A stretch of 64,000 bases of DNA from Trichoplax adhaerens (taxonomy: Eukaryota; Animalia; Placozoa): contig NW_002060943.1 of the NCBI RefSeq assembly GCF_000150275.1, positions 2,508,462 through 2,572,461 on the forward strand. The letters run 5' to 3'. Under the pieces are notes generated by a model, which had not been told where the DNA came from, did no database searches, and worked only from the letters and a program-made list of their open reading frames with translations. Every line of letters starts with the position of its first letter. Position 1 is the first letter of the stretch. Below are positions 1-12,299 of this stretch, in pieces. The position numbers and the translations under genes were made by a program.

Positions 1-1542
1 ATTGTACCCAAAATCAGAGTAAAATTGCACATCTTTAACTAATATAAAAAATTACTTATGTGATAACATTGCACTTATTTTGAATTTATAACAAGATAAA
101 GACTCTGACAGCTTTTAAAATTAGTATTTTGGTTATAAATATCTGTTTCGTAGCTTACTATGATCATAAAAAACAAAATCTCCCCGCTGTAATCTACAGC
201 TTTGGCAAAGCGATGATTTTGGCTTTTCATTCAACTACCGGTCATCGCATTTATAGGTTCCTACGATATGGCTTTGCAAATTTGATCTAACTGGAATTGT
301 TCATGGCTTAAAATTATCAAATCATTGCATTATACCACAAAATGACTACAAAGGTCAGTCTTTAAGCTAAAATTTCTTTACAGAATTACATTTACTATAA
401 GTTAGATACCTTAATTTTATTTTTAACGCTTTAATCTTCGTGGATTTTATTGCAATCTTACCTTAATACAATGAATCATAATTTATATTTTATAAGGCTA
501 AAAAGGAGAATATTAGCATTATTATCACTTACAATTTATTATCACGAAGATGTTTTAAGTCATCTCTTAAAGTAGTCTCGTAACAATTTTTAGATCAGAT
601 AACCAATAAAAGAAATAACAATATGTCGAAATGTATTTCAAATTTTCGAAACTATCACTAGGTTCGATGTAAATGGTAAATTCGAGCAATATATTTACTG
701 AATTGGAATATCTATGATACAAACAAAAATATATATTTCAGACTTTATTAAGTGAGTACTACGGTACTACAAATTTTAATGTCAATATGACGGCTCTAGA
801 TAGAGACAAAGAATAATTTTCCATATCGGTGTCATAGTATAATTGATTGAATTAATACCCGTCCGAAAACAATTGCAAATAATATCGCTTTGGTAAACTT
901 TATATAATGTTTTCCAATGCATCCGGAGGTTATGGCTTCCAATGTTTTGTTATCATCAGACAAATATAATCTTATTAATCGTTCAATAGGTCTCCTATTA
1001 TTTATAGGATCAATTCTTTAGTTTACTGATGTTGTGTGACTATTAAGAGATAACAAACCAGGGATTATTTTCGAGATGACTATTAACGGGAAATTTAATA
1101 ATATCACCAAGTAAAAGAAATTTAATACATCATTTTAAGGCTAGTATAAAAGCGAAAATGATATAGCAACCATGAGTATTTTAACGATCAATATCAACAT
1201 AGATGAATTTTTACTACGCCTTTTTTCTCTAATATTTCATCAATGTTCACAAGGATTATTAAAGTTTAATCTTAATTAATTTTAATCCCTTCTTGGTTGA
1301 GTTGATTTCAACTGATTTAACGTTCGAAGATTCAATTAAATTCATAGTTTAGTGATTATCATTCATATAAATTTGCGCCTATTGTTTTCTTCGTTGGCTC
1401 AATGTTCTTTATTGGATTGTTGGTTAAGAATTCTCGTCAAGGAAAATTTTAAAATTTGACATTGATAGTATAAGTTACATATTATAATTGTAAAGCTTTA
1501 ACTACTTTATAGCCTTGCTATAAGTGCATTAACATCGACAAA

Positions 1543-4500
1543 ATGGCTCAGATATCGTGGTTATCGAATTATTTAAATAACAGTAGACTATCAAACTGGA
1601 GTTCTGTAAAGGACCAGAATCCGCCAACGATTTATCAAGTTGTCATTTTAATAACTTTAGAGATTGCTGGCATAGCAGGAAATACATTGGCTATCGTTAT
1701 GACTGTCAAAATGTTAAGATATAAAGGGAATTTACCACAAGTTCTTATTTTATACTTAAGCCTTGCCGATTTATTGACGGTTTTATGCAGCTATACACCG
1801 TCAATTATTGCTCAATTCATTCTAATACCTCACTCATTCTTTTATCCAAGCCATTGGCTATGCCAATTTCAAGCATTTACAATGATGACGTTGCTGTACT
1901 ATTCTAGCGGAATGATCGTCATTATGAGCATAGAGCGTCTATTAGCTATCAAAATGCCAGTATGGTATAAAGTCAATTTCAAGCGTAAGACTGTCTACAT
2001 ATTCATGGCGATTACATTGATTTGTTGTGTGATGTTTAACCTTTTACCTTTATTTGGTGTATGCCAGTTATCGATTCATTTCAATTCCACTTGCTTTTGG
2101 GACTGGGATTTAACGAACCCTGGAACAAAGCTTTACTCTTATACCGTAGTATTTCTGTCCATAATTTTAGTAGTTGCAATATTTATTATCAATATTATAA
2201 CAATTACAATTGTTAAACGTAAGAACAAGATAGCAGATAGTCAAGGGAGGCGGCCAATTACGGAAAGCCGAGCCACTGGGGTTCTAGTTAGCACTGGTTT
2301 TCTTTTTATAATTTCTTGGCTGCCATTCTCGGTAAGTCTATATAGATTGTACTCTATATTTCGCTTTGTCTTCATAATGTTAAATAGCTTTATCAAAACT
2401 AGCCCATAGAAAGGCAATACACCAACCGAATAATCATAAACGACAAAAATTAATATATGCAAGTATCATAGACTTTAGTGGTTATGCTCCTTTATGTACG
2501 TTTTATAGTAAGTTAATAAAAGTCCGTTTAATGCGTATTGATCAGTATTAAAAGCCTATGATGAAATGATGGAGGTATAGCTATGTGTAATCTAATACAA
2601 TTTTAACACATCATATTATTAAAGTGGTCGACTCAGTAGTTATTTATAATTATCAGGACATTTTCATAGCTCTGATTTTCTGATCCAAGTATAGCCTTCC
2701 AATCACAGTTTCTGAGAAGAAATCTATAGCTTTCGGATTTAGAAAAAATAAATATATGTTATACCCGATTAAAATATTCTTCTCGTAAAAAAATCATAAT
2801 TGCGTTAAATTTATGGTAATCAAATGCAATATTCGCTTCATTTCTAATTATACATAGTATATACTATCAGCTAGAACATCAATGGCATTAATTCGTACAA
2901 CTAACAATTCATATTATCCGTTATAAAGTAATCTATCCTTTATATTTGACTTTGTCCTTTTTGTTAAAAATCTTAAAATGCAAGTTAACGAAACGCAGTC
3001 TAAACAGGGCTGGAAGGGTCCTTTATTATACTGTAATCTTGAGTAGCTTACCAAATTTTTCAGAAACTGTGGTCTATCAACATGCTAATGACTAAAAATT
3101 AAAGCTAACACGCAATAAAACAAATTAGAAGTTAAGATAATATCCATAAATTTACTCAAGATACCTTTTATGACTTTTAAAGCCGTAATTACTTGATGCT
3201 CACCGTATCAAATGTCCACAGCATTATAAGGAAATTGTTTCCAAAATAATTTAAGATTGAAGCGGAAAATGCACATTCTAAAAATCAATCATTCATACTT
3301 TACGTGTACGAGAAAAAATACAACCAATGCAGACAGGTATATTTAATCTAGTAATTTCCTCGAAGTGAATAACGAAATAAGTACTGCAGGCAAATTTATG
3401 CAATCTTATAAATTGCTTTAGATATTTCACTTCATTCTTTAACATTTTGCACCAAAGCAAGAGGAATGACTGATCTTCAAAAATTATTTTGTAACTTTAT
3501 TTCGTATATACCAATTACAAGATTTTAAAATTGATCACTACTGCAAATTATTCGTGATTATTAATAAGTTATAAATTTAAATGAATTATGGCATCTAAAT
3601 AAATATTTTAAAATACGTAGTATAACCTATAATTTTCCTGAATTTTTTTACGTAAAATATTTCATAAATTAAACGGCAATTTTACTTAGATAATTTTTTT
3701 TCTTTCCATTCATTTTATTCAATTTGAATACAAATGCTTTATGTAAGCTTATACGCATAATTGAAGGTATCAAACAAATATGCTTCATAAGAGTTCATTT
3801 TACCCGAACTAAGTCACCTTTGAATCCTATGAAATGTTGCCATTCAAAGTTTTCATCGGAGCTCAAGATTATTGTTAATGTTTTATATTAATATTGACAT
3901 AAATCCCATAAATTTTGCTCGTGTCTAGACCGTCTAACATCCTATGATTCAGTTATTTATCAAAGGATGGTCATAAATGTTTTGTAATTACCTGGCAACA
4001 GCTAGCTAACATCATGATTTGCTATTCCAATTGTTTTGTTACAGTACCGTATTTTAATAGTAAAAATTTCGAAAATTAAGACATTACGCATATTATTCAC
4101 AGATAAATAACTTTATCGATGGGTATACGTAGAAGTGACACTCGCATATAGAACCAGTAATAGCAGAAATCAGTCATGTTCGCTTACAGCATGCTTGTAT
4201 ATTTGTCTATAATACATTGCATCAATAATATGAGACGATGACTGATATTGAATAGCTTTTAACTAGTTAAACGTTGTTCTCCTATGAATATTATCCAAGA
4301 TTTTAATTTAAAATTTTGACCCTAAATTAAATTTGCATTGGTTCAACACTAGAATAATTTGCTACCACTAGATAGAAAGTAATCATGGTTATTGCATAAT
4401 AATAAGATAGTTTACATATATAATGAGTCTGATCGCAGATAATTATAATTGCAGGAAATTAGCACAGACCTCTAACTCACGAATTAACTACCGGTTCTTT

Positions 4501-5014
4501 TCTTTACAAATATAGCGGAAGGTTTAATTTTTTTTGGATACTTGGTGAAAGTATTAAGATTTTTTAAAATAAATCAATCAGTGATATCCAAACAAGATTT
4601 ACATGTATTTTATTGCTCAAAATATATTACAAATTATTTATACTTCACTATCAGAACATCACTGTACCAAAAATAATATTGATTTCTCATTGATGATTAC
4701 CTAACTGTAACTAAGGATTCTCTCTTACTGTTATCATTTAGAGCTTTAAAGATATCTGTAATTTAGTTTCTTGCCTATTTTAAATTTAGGTAGTAATTCT
4801 TCTTCATCAAACTGGAAATACTAAAAGCATGGATCCACAACAAGTAGAATTAATGGACTACGTTACTTTTCGCCTGACATGTTTAAATTGTTGCATAAAC
4901 TGCTTTGTCTATGGCTTAATTAATAACGAGCATCGTCATCGATATTTAATGCTCATTAAAAGGCCATTTCGTACCTGTAACAATATCACTACTGAGGAAT
5001 ACGGTGAGTTTTAG
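1543..5014 (+). CDS. Rhodopsin-like (class A) GPCR, prostanoid-receptor-like; exons 1543-2331 and 4790-5014, about 337 aa
   Basis: Seven hydrophobic segments with GN (TM1), LSLADL (TM2), MSIERLLAI (TM3), an ECL2 CF motif and SWLPF (TM6). Donor TCG|gtaagt at 2331/2332 and acceptor ttag|GTA at 4789/4790 join in phase 0 to the 4829-5014 ORF, which supplies TM7 (FRLTCLNCCINCFVY). Confidence 0.88.
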
Positions 5015-6798
5015 TCGCAGTATTCTGAATTATTATAATAGGTTACTAATCTGATGTTGTAGCGCCAATATTCATACAATTACTACCGAAAATTTGTAAC
5101 AAGATCTATAGAAAGTAAACTTTCTTTCACAATTTCACTTTTTATGTCAAGTTTATTGTTGAACTGCAACATTACATTTTACCGTGAATTGATATCCATG
5201 TAATAATTCTAATAGTTATTCTGTTAGTACTGCTATGGTACAGACATAAGTGAGAGCTAACTTTAAAAAATTTTATGAAATGCATTATGAAACGTGCCAT
5301 TAAATAGCCGTGACAATTATTTATCACCATTATTAATTTAAAAGCATTCGCCTAATAGAACATTTCGACATAAAATTATTTCCATTGAATTCATTATCGC
5401 CTTATAATAAGTTTATAAGATTTTTTTGTACTATTTTGTAACTAATTATATACTCTATATTTTCTGATTTTATAAAATAGAAAGTGCTTTTAAACCCAAC
5501 GCCTATAAACAATCTGGTCAGTTGTCTACAAGAGTACAGATGTTTCAAGCTACAGCAATTGTGTTGGCTACCAGTCATACTTGTATCGATAAAGCAGCAA
5601 ATAAATATCGCCATAATAAGATATATAGCACTTCTGAATGATACATACTTAAAAATGAAATTAATTACAGAAAATAAGCATGATGAAATTAAGACTTCTA
5701 GGAGTAGCAGTATATGTATTATATTTATTAGTAAGCAGTGATCTTTGGCAAATTCTAAAAACTACCAGTACTTTATTCTTATAAATGAGCTCGATTTAGT
5801 AATTTATGCTGTATTAACATTTCCTGAAACAGAATATGAGCTAATCATGAACTTTATATAAGATGAAGTGTGTTTGTATATGTTCTATATTAAAGTAGTT
5901 TTGGATATATTGTAGAATTTTCAACACTTGAAATTGTACTATCAAAGATATCCATAATTATTATACTCGTATAACTAGGCGTCATTAATTGTATTTTCAT
6001 CGCTATGAATAACTAATGTAAATGGTATGCATATATGAATCTGGAATTTAACCGGCGTCTTTCTACCTATAAAGTAGGAAATTTCGTGGTATGTAGCAAA
6101 ACTGGTGTGAAAAAGCGATTTCATAAATTACTCGAAGTAAAGCCTCTATTTAAATTTGTTGTTGGATTTAGTAAAATAGAACTATTTTTCGAAACTTATG
6201 CGATTTTATTGATCTTAAAATTCTGTATATGTATTACTCAAGAATGATATAACATTTTGCGGCTTTCTTACATCATGTAGCTGATTTGAATCCTCATAAT
6301 TTAAATTTAAATTTTCATTTTTTATTCCAAGAACTATAAAAATCAGTACCGATAGATCTAGCCGGTAATTGTTAAAATCTAAGATCTAAAATAGGCTAAA
6401 AACATGAATTAACAGACTATCATGCACTTTTTGGAACATTTACTGCTAAAAATAATGGCAATCTTCTTGAGGGGAAACTGTAGATTTAAACATCCCTGAA
6501 TACTGGTACGAAGTAATATAATTTATTTATTACTACTTAACAGCATTGAGAAATAGTGAATGATTTCAGTATCCATAAATATCATGAACCGACTTCATCT
6601 CAGGAAAAATGACATTATGACACTGAATAATGTCATTACGTACGAGTAATATTCTTACATTCGATTAATGAATAAAGTAACCGGGCCCAATATTGAACTA
6701 CTCTGTACACAATTGCTTTAGGAAATAGGCGATATCAAAAGTGCATCGTATAATTATTCGCTTTGTTGATAGTCTTGCTCATTTTATTAATCTATATT

Positions 6799-7396
6799 TG
6801 TTACAAATCTCCTTTGTAACAAGAAACCGGGTCTTAAACACTAACTTCACTAGTACTCGTGTTCCCAACTAACTTAGGGACCTATCGTAGTTAAACTAAC
6901 TCTCAGCTACACAAATAAGCTACTAATGAGTAATAGGTTTAAATATTTCACTTTATTAACCTTAGTCGTAAAATGTACTAAAGAAAAACGTAAGAATATC
7001 CTTAGCAACTATAGTCAAAAGATCCTGTAAATGACTAACTGGAACTGAGAAGCTAAGCTAGTGCTCCGCTTTTTATAGTCTCGCCGATGGTACACTTGTG
7101 AATATTCTTGAAATAGCGGCTTACACTGTACAGTATACATATCCTAGTATAGCAACTAGAGTCTCAAGGCTCTGCAAAGTAATTGATCTTACACTTAAGG
7201 TGTTATTAATTAACGTTTACAGACTAAGCGTGTTAGCTCCAACACGTCAACAATATTTAACTTTCTGATACCTTGGCAATAATAAATGCTTATTAATAAA
7301 CATTAATATCTAATAAGCTACTGGAGCAAACAATAATTTAAATGAGATATTTTAATTAACGTAACAATTAATATTTTGGAGCATGGCTCCGTAACA
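6799..7396 (-). mobile_element. Solo LTR (about 598 bp) of an LTR retrotransposon
   Basis: Termini TGTTAC...GTAACA are inverted repeats, flanked by a 5-bp direct repeat ATATT (6794-6798 and 7397-7401). The minus strand has TATAAAAA near 7070-7077 followed by AATAAA near 6952-6957, the U3-R-U5 order. No coding capacity. Confidence 0.72.
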
Positions 7397-8199
7397 ATAT
7401 TATATAAGTTCATTATCCAATGTTTCTGATATAACTATAGCCCAACGTGAATATGTGGTAGTTTTATTTGTGTAGTAGCATGCAAGTATACGTATTTTAA
7501 TTTTTAGATCTAAGCAGTCGATCCTTGTACTGGCCTAAGTTTATAACAAAGGTGCTTCAAACTGTACCATTTATCTTAAATTTAACCGTAAGCAATAGCT
7601 TCTTGATCTTTATTATAATTCTAGCCTCGAACTACGTGCATACTATATTATGATGCTAAGAATTTAGATTTCGGATTTATAGATTTACTTGTGATTCTAG
7701 TGGGAATACGATGAACTATAAAAATCTTTTTTGGCAATATACTGCCACTGCAACTTCAAAGCAAGCGATCGCTAAAATAAAAACTACAGAAAATATTCAT
7801 TTTTGCCTCAATGTGATACAGTAATGATTATCATAGAATTCGATCATTACTCAAGGTAAACCAAAATCTTGTCTCTATCGACATGTATCTATAATTACCA
7901 GTGTGCTTGTAGGGATAAAGTAATCTTTGTAATGCAGTAAATAATTTTTTATTTCTTTGTAATAGCATAATTATCTTACAGAATTGTATTACGTGTTCAA
8001 ACTTCAAAGTATTTAATTTTCCAATCTGAGCCTGCAGTAGAGAAAGGAAATATCACTGTTTCCATCTATCGGTATTAGTCAGCTACGATGCAATTACAAT
8101 GCGAAGACCAGTTTGAAACTATCATTGTCTTTCACAGCTATAGCTATAAATTATTAAAACATAGGCGTAAACCATTAACATTATCCCGCAGAAACTGGT

Positions 8200-10900
8200 A
8201 ATCAAATACAGACTGCATTCCTAATCAACAATCAAGACAATTGCAGGAGCTATTGATTTAATTTATTGTCGTTCCACAATGGATGATGAATCATGGCCGT
8301 TAGACTACATGACTTTTTGACCGCATCTTATTGGTAACTCTGTTTAAATTATCAATAAATTTTAGGCTAGGAAGCATAAAAAAATTGCAGATGAAAACGC
8401 AAAATTTCAGTATAGTCAGAAAAATAGGAAATAAATCAATAATAATATTATATATCATGTAATAGAACTTTGTTCAAGCTTAGTTTAGGATTAAAAAAGT
8501 TTCTCTTAGGATACGACTAACATTCGCGAATATTATGATGCTATTTAAGAGCGGAGTAATACCAGTATAGGCAGTAATTAATTGAAATTAGTTGCTACCG
8601 ATGTATGTGTAGTACTTCTAATTCATAAAGACATTTTTTACCTTAAATTTTACGAACAGAATACTATTCATGCACTACTATTAGCATTGACATTAGCAGT
8701 AATATCCATTCTTGCAAATCGTAGTACTTTATCAAGGAGATAAGAGTAAATAGATTCGATCAATGAATATAATACAGTAGAATATTTACATACAGCTGAA
8801 TCATTAATTATCAACGAAGTATGATAAAAATTAAATCAAAATGATTACGTAAGCCATATTCATGCAAAATTACGTTAAGTAAACGCACATAATGACGGTT
8901 GCCTAATATGTGATTGCAGGATTAGTAGAGTTATTGCTTAATTTATCTAACATTACTATTACATATATAGATCTTATGAAGCGTAAAATATACACATAAG
9001 GTGATAGCTTTACCATACAAGTATTTGATGAGAGAACTCTGTGGAAGTAGTTAGGGAAGATATATTAGCAATATGTAAGCACGATTAAGCGTAATCACTG
9101 ACTTAATCAGTCAACATCCATGATATAGAGGCCTACAGTAAGGTTTTTGAAAATTATTTGTCGACATATCTTTCGCTAACATAGCTTAATACTTAACACT
9201 TTATGGGCATACGTATCGATCTAAGAATAGAAATGACAGAAATAGGAAGAACAACTTGATCTACTTAGCTATTATGCTGCTTTGCTCGTTTTCTTGAAAA
9301 TACGAGAACAATTTTATCATGCCTGCATCTGATACAATAAAACTTACTGATATCATTCCTAATTAATGGAACACTTTAGATACCCTTGTATAATTTGATA
9401 TTAGTTATAGAGCTTTAGAGCTAGATTAATAATATTCCTGTACATCGATTAAGCTATCAAGTAGAATGCTGTAAGTTATTTTAGCTTTGAGGTTTATTGT
9501 CATAACAGTAGCAATAACAGCTGTTTCTTTGATGACGAAAGTGCAATTCATACCTTTAGAGAAGATTATAACTATTGTTTTCAGTTAGCACTCAAATCAG
9601 CCTAATGATCTTATCTTAAGGCAATTAGAATTCGATTCGTTACTTTAAATAATGGAGGCAGAATAAAGAGGAAAGCAGTATTCTTACAACAGTCAATATT
9701 AGCCGACATTTGACGTTACTGTTTAAACGACCTGGCTTGCTAGTATTATCAATTTATCTATGATCATGATTACCGTAATCTATTTTGTCTATTAATTATT
9801 AATCAATTGATTTGAAGTTTTCTATATCTTCTTAGTTAGTGTTTAAAGCAGTAATAAATTTCATGACAGCATCAACTACTGTACTACATTAACGAACCAA
9901 ATTTTAGGACTCTAGTTAAATGTGTTGAAGCGCCTAACATTCTAAAAGATTATCCTGTACAGATATTGACCTTAGTCCTATCTTGAATGATAGCTGTCTG
10001 CTTGTAGTATGCGAGTATACAAATTATAGCGATATTTACAGCCTAATTAAAATGCTACTGATGAAATTCTTTTTCGGCTGTCTCCATAGATTAAAAACTG
10101 AATAATAGGTGATTTAGTATAATAGAAGATGATGTACGTGCCATAATTGCCTCTGTTTGCAATAATTCGTATGATAAAGTTGCTCTACCATGCTTTTTGG
10201 AGTATCTTGGACCGCTGAGGCATTTTCATTGCAAATTCGTCTTTAAAAAGAACGAAGATTTCCCATACATAGACCTATATTGGTCTATTTAAATAGATAA
10301 AGCGGTTTATCTTTTTGAATAGTCAATTATTAGACAGATTAAAAAATTATCTAGCAATAAGCAGTTTCATCTATGAACCCTATATAATTGATGTTAGCAA
10401 GGATAATTGAAAAGGGCGGAGAAAATATGATACATAAGCTCTATGTAGCTAAAATATAATTGAACAAAACTAGGAATAGGATTAAAAATAAGTATCTGAG
10501 CTTACGTATTGATGTCTACTTCGATGGTTACATTTTCAACTTCTTTTATGTCAATTTAGCCTGTTGTGCGCGTAATTACCGAATAGCTTGCAGCGCATCA
10601 AAAATGCTATGAGTCTGCCCTAAAACTGGAATTATTATATAATTGCTGTTGATAACTTGAAGAAAGGATTACGATTCAATTTTAACTACGGTAATTAATA
10701 TAGCTGTTAAGCTGATCCAGATGCTTGATGGAAGACAGAAAATAATAGTTTGATAATCTCTTTGATTGCTGTGAATACATTCACGTACTATGTACAAAGT
10801 ATTAAACTTACCTTTATAGCAGCCGAATTGCATTATAATCCTTGCATACTACTACGTCTAAAAACGTCATCAAGCCAATTATTGAAATCAGCAGTTATGA
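8200..10900 (+). mobile_element. Highly degenerate non-LTR (LINE, CR1/L2/Jockey-like) retrotransposon fossil; boundaries approximate
   Basis: Eroded RT motifs in correct order and spacing despite stops and frameshifts: YLAIMLL (about 9262; cf. YRPISLL), CFFDDESAIHTF (about 9522; cf. FLDLSKAFDTV), LLVLSIYL..LP (about 9737; cf. GPLLFxIYINDLP), KFHD (9856; cf. FADD), RPILVY (10271; cf. RPILxY). Confidence 0.55.
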
Positions 10901-12299
10901 AATCAATCATAGTCATTTGCAACGATGAAGATAAGGAAACAGATCGTTGTAGTTTAGTTTACGAAGTGAAATTACTTTAATATCATAAATGATATTAAAG
11001 TATTATCTGTGAAGGAATTATCTAATTGACCTTACTAGCAGGTTATTCATATTAGCCAATTTAAACGATTATTTTAATTGTTTAACTTCAAACAGGAAGA
11101 TATTTAATCAGTGGGAAATGATTATTACAATTGCGTTATAATTGTTCAAACTAAAAGTAATAGCAAAATAATCAAGTTTAATTAAAGTGGACATTTACCA
11201 TTAATACGTGATCGTCAATCGAAATCGATCATGGACACCTATTTCTGATAAGATGGTTAGAATCGATAAAACTTTTTAGCTATGCTCTTATTTTGTTAAT
11301 CTTATTCTCAAATGCTTATCAATTTCGCATCCCAGCTAATTAGTCGAAAAACTGTTATTATGCAATATGTTATCTCATGTCTTTTGTTATGCTAAAATAA
11401 TAACGGTATCTATTGATTGTTATTGATCTTGATTGTCTCGTGAATAAAACGACAGCAGCATCTATTCAGTTTCAAATTATTTTGGAACGTCCATTATTAG
11501 GACATTATCATTATTTTCCTGCCCAGATGGTGGATCTGTCAACAATTTATATTAAAAATGTTACAATTTTGGTGAAAAAGTTGGCTAGAGATAAAGTGAT
11601 GGTATTTAAATAATCAATTCTATACTTTTTGACTTGACGATATTTCTATCTGATTTTCAATTTGTTGACTACGATATTCCTCAAGTTTGATATTTTAAAT
11701 CGGTTGGAATAGCTAGAAAGTAGTTTTGTCAATGCTGAAGCATAGTATGACCGTCAGATTCAAATTAAATAGGTGTTATTGTAATTAGGCATAAGATACA
11801 ATTTTGTAATGTTAGTGGGAAAATTATTGTTTATCTCTCTTCTGTATTCAATATACACTTCTACTGAGTAGATCATATAGCGCTATTGATCCAGTTTTCA
11901 TTCTAATCATCTTTGTTTAACAAAAACAATACATGTCTTCACTGCAATGCAATCATACCAACCTGTGAAATGCTCGACTGACTAGACAAGAACAATATGT
12001 CGACCTTTGGCAACATCTTCACGCTAGGGCTTTATGTTGCCATAAATGTGGGTACGTATTTAGAAAGGAATCGATAGCGGTACCTAAAGCTAGTGTGCTG
12101 AATTCATAGGCTACCAAGATTTAAGCCATATTTCATGAACTATATTTAACAACAGTAAATAGAAACAGCTGAGGATTCTACGTCACTAAGTTAACTGGTA
12201 TACTGCGGATAAATGATATTAGCAGTCCGGTTAAAGTAGTTTTATTCGACGAGCGCTACTACTAATTCATTTCCGGCTACACCTAAATAGGAACTTAAA

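Noticed and set aside
2332-2409. C-terminal tail of the 288-aa ORF (VSLYRLY...KTSP)
   Set aside because: Intron read-through past the gtaagt donor; the true TM7 is in exon 4790-5014.
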